Below, one piece after another: positions 62,895-64,000 of a stretch of 64,000 nt of DNA; position 1 is the stretch's first letter, and each line of letters starts with the position of its first letter. The stretch is taken from contig JBHGAY010000014.1 of the NCBI GenBank assembly GCA_041946735.1, forward strand, positions 66,733 to 130,732, read 5' to 3'. The DNA is from Candidatus Eiseniibacteriota bacterium (lineage in GTDB: Bacteria > Eisenbacteria > RBG-16-71-46 > CAIMUX01 > VGJL01). Under the pieces are notes generated by a model. The model ran no database searches, was not told where the DNA came from, and was given only the letters and a program-made list of their open reading frames with translations. Position numbers and translations under genes: made by a program.

Positions 62895-63668
62895 CTACCG
62901 CAGGTGGAACACATGCCTGGTTAGCATCCGATTGCCCATCCTGCACCCCACGAAGTAATGGCCGACGGGCACCTTCCTTCCGAACAGATCGGTCGCATCC
63001 CACTCGGCTGAGTACGTGCCAGCATCGTCCATCTTCATAGGAAGCGTACGAACCAACCGACCCGATGTGTCATGGATCGACAAAGCGATAGGCAATTCCG
63101 CTTGATCGGCCCGAGTTGCGATGGTGATTCGAGTGATATCAGCGAACGGATTCGGTGACACGAGCACGACACTGCGCAGGTCCGATCCGGAACCTGCCTC
63201 TTCCACATACATCGGTTCCGCGCAGGGGGGGCCGTCCCGTACGGAGACCGGAATCTCGCCCGTGACGTAGTCCCAGTGGCCGGTGAAGTCGATCCCGACC
63301 CAACGCCAGCCGAGGATCTGCGTTCCTTCAGGACCGGCGGTTCGAACATCGACCCAGCACTCACCGGCGTACGGGAAGCAGTCCCGAGACCACTCGGCGA
63401 CATTCCCCTCTGCGTGAAAAGTCCATCCTTCCCCAGTGATCCCATCCGTTCCGAGTATGATGCTCCAGCTAGATGGGAATGTAATCTCGATAACAGCGGT
63501 GCACTCTACGAAGTAAGGAATGCCGAAGCGGAATGTATAGATTGAATCCGCACAGACCGGACCCAGTGGTTCCAGGATGCTGATGCCCGCTACTGACGAC
63601 GTGGCCGTGGCTGCAAGAACAACGACGACGAGTGCGATGATGACCGGCGTATGAGCATTCAATGGCAA
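62895..63668 (-). CDS. Small secreted Cys-containing protein with FlgD-Ig/T9SS-like CTD
   Basis: TTG start after GGAGG; signal peptide; SPNPF..IHDTSGRLV..WDATD..VPVGHYF. Confidence 0.75.
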   Translation of the reverse strand: MPLNAHTPVIIALVVVVLAATATSSVAGISILEPLGPVCADSIYTFRFGIPYFVECTAVIEITFPSSWSIILGTDGITGEGWTFHAEGNVAEWSRDCFPYAGECWVDVRTAGPEGTQILGWRWVGIDFTGHWDYVTGEIPVSVRDGPPCAEPMYVEEAGSGSDLRSVVLVSPNPFADITRITIATRADQAELPIALSIHDTSGRLVRTLPMKMDDAGTYSAEWDATDLFGRKVPVGHYFVGCRMGNRMLTRHVFHLR

Positions 63669-63942
63669 CCTCCCGAGGTTCAGACGAACTACTTGACTCC
63701 GAAACCTGGGGTATAGAAGAACGGCTGCTCTGAGAGCGAAAGCGGCCGAGTGCCGTCGGTACTAGCTCATGAGCACTTCACGGGTCGTTGCAGAACAAGG
63801 CACGGTGGATGCACCTCTCAAGCGCCTGGCAGGATACTACCCCGGTCGCCGGCACGTCAAGCTGAGGAGGCAAGGCGGTGACGTATCAGGTTGTGTGTCA
63901 GGAGATCGTGGACCGATGGGATCGGGGGTTGCGGGGGGAAAG

Positions 63943-64000
63943 TGAACCGCCCCGGGATTCCCGGAGGCTCCATTTGGAGGGAGAATGGGAGCCATGGGAA
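63943..64000 (+). mobile_element. Left end of an IS3-family insertion sequence (IS51 group, IS629/IS6110-like); transposase orfA probably starts at 63994
   Basis: TGAACCGCCCCGGGATTCCCGGAGGCTC resembles the IS629/IS6110-type terminal inverted repeat (TGAACCGCCCCGG...GGAGACT, from memory); followed by GGAG and ATG; truncated by the window edge. Confidence 0.85.

Noticed and set aside
63798..63813. AGGCACGgtggATGCA as a sigma54 promoter
   Set aside because: Two mismatches to consensus and no downstream gene before the IS; cannot be told from chance.

Overview
High-GC bacterial chromosomal segment. Six secreted proteins end in a FlgD-Ig/T9SS-like C-terminal domain, which suggests an FCB-superphylum lineage such as Ca. 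Eisenbacteria or Latescibacterota (inference). In order, the window holds: a partial ZnuA-like metal ABC binding protein; a candidate ~220-nt structured ncRNA with terminator; long-form ispG, a group II PLP decarboxylase and a prolyl oligopeptidase; two BNR beta-propeller proteins; OmpA, lipoprotein, DoxX and DinB-like genes; a secreted metalloprotease with an upstream acidic partner; an ECF sigma factor coupled to a Ser/Thr kinase-STAND ATPase-TPR protein; macrodomain and holin-like genes; lysine 6-aminotransferase with a candidate leader-peptide attenuator; class 3 asparaginase; a TonB-dependent-receptor-like protein; a multidomain papain-family protease; an aldo/keto reductase; an ADP-forming acyl-CoA ligase; an AmmeMemoRadiSam system whose proteins appear to carry export signals, facing a degenerate spermidine-synthase-like membrane protein; a full alternative complex III plus caa3 (type A2) oxidase operon; DUF3179; and a lower-GC right end with two more secreted proteins and the left end of an IS3-family element. 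No CRISPR array, rRNA, tRNA, reverse transcriptase or prophage was seen. All calls come from reading motifs by eye; no searches were run.
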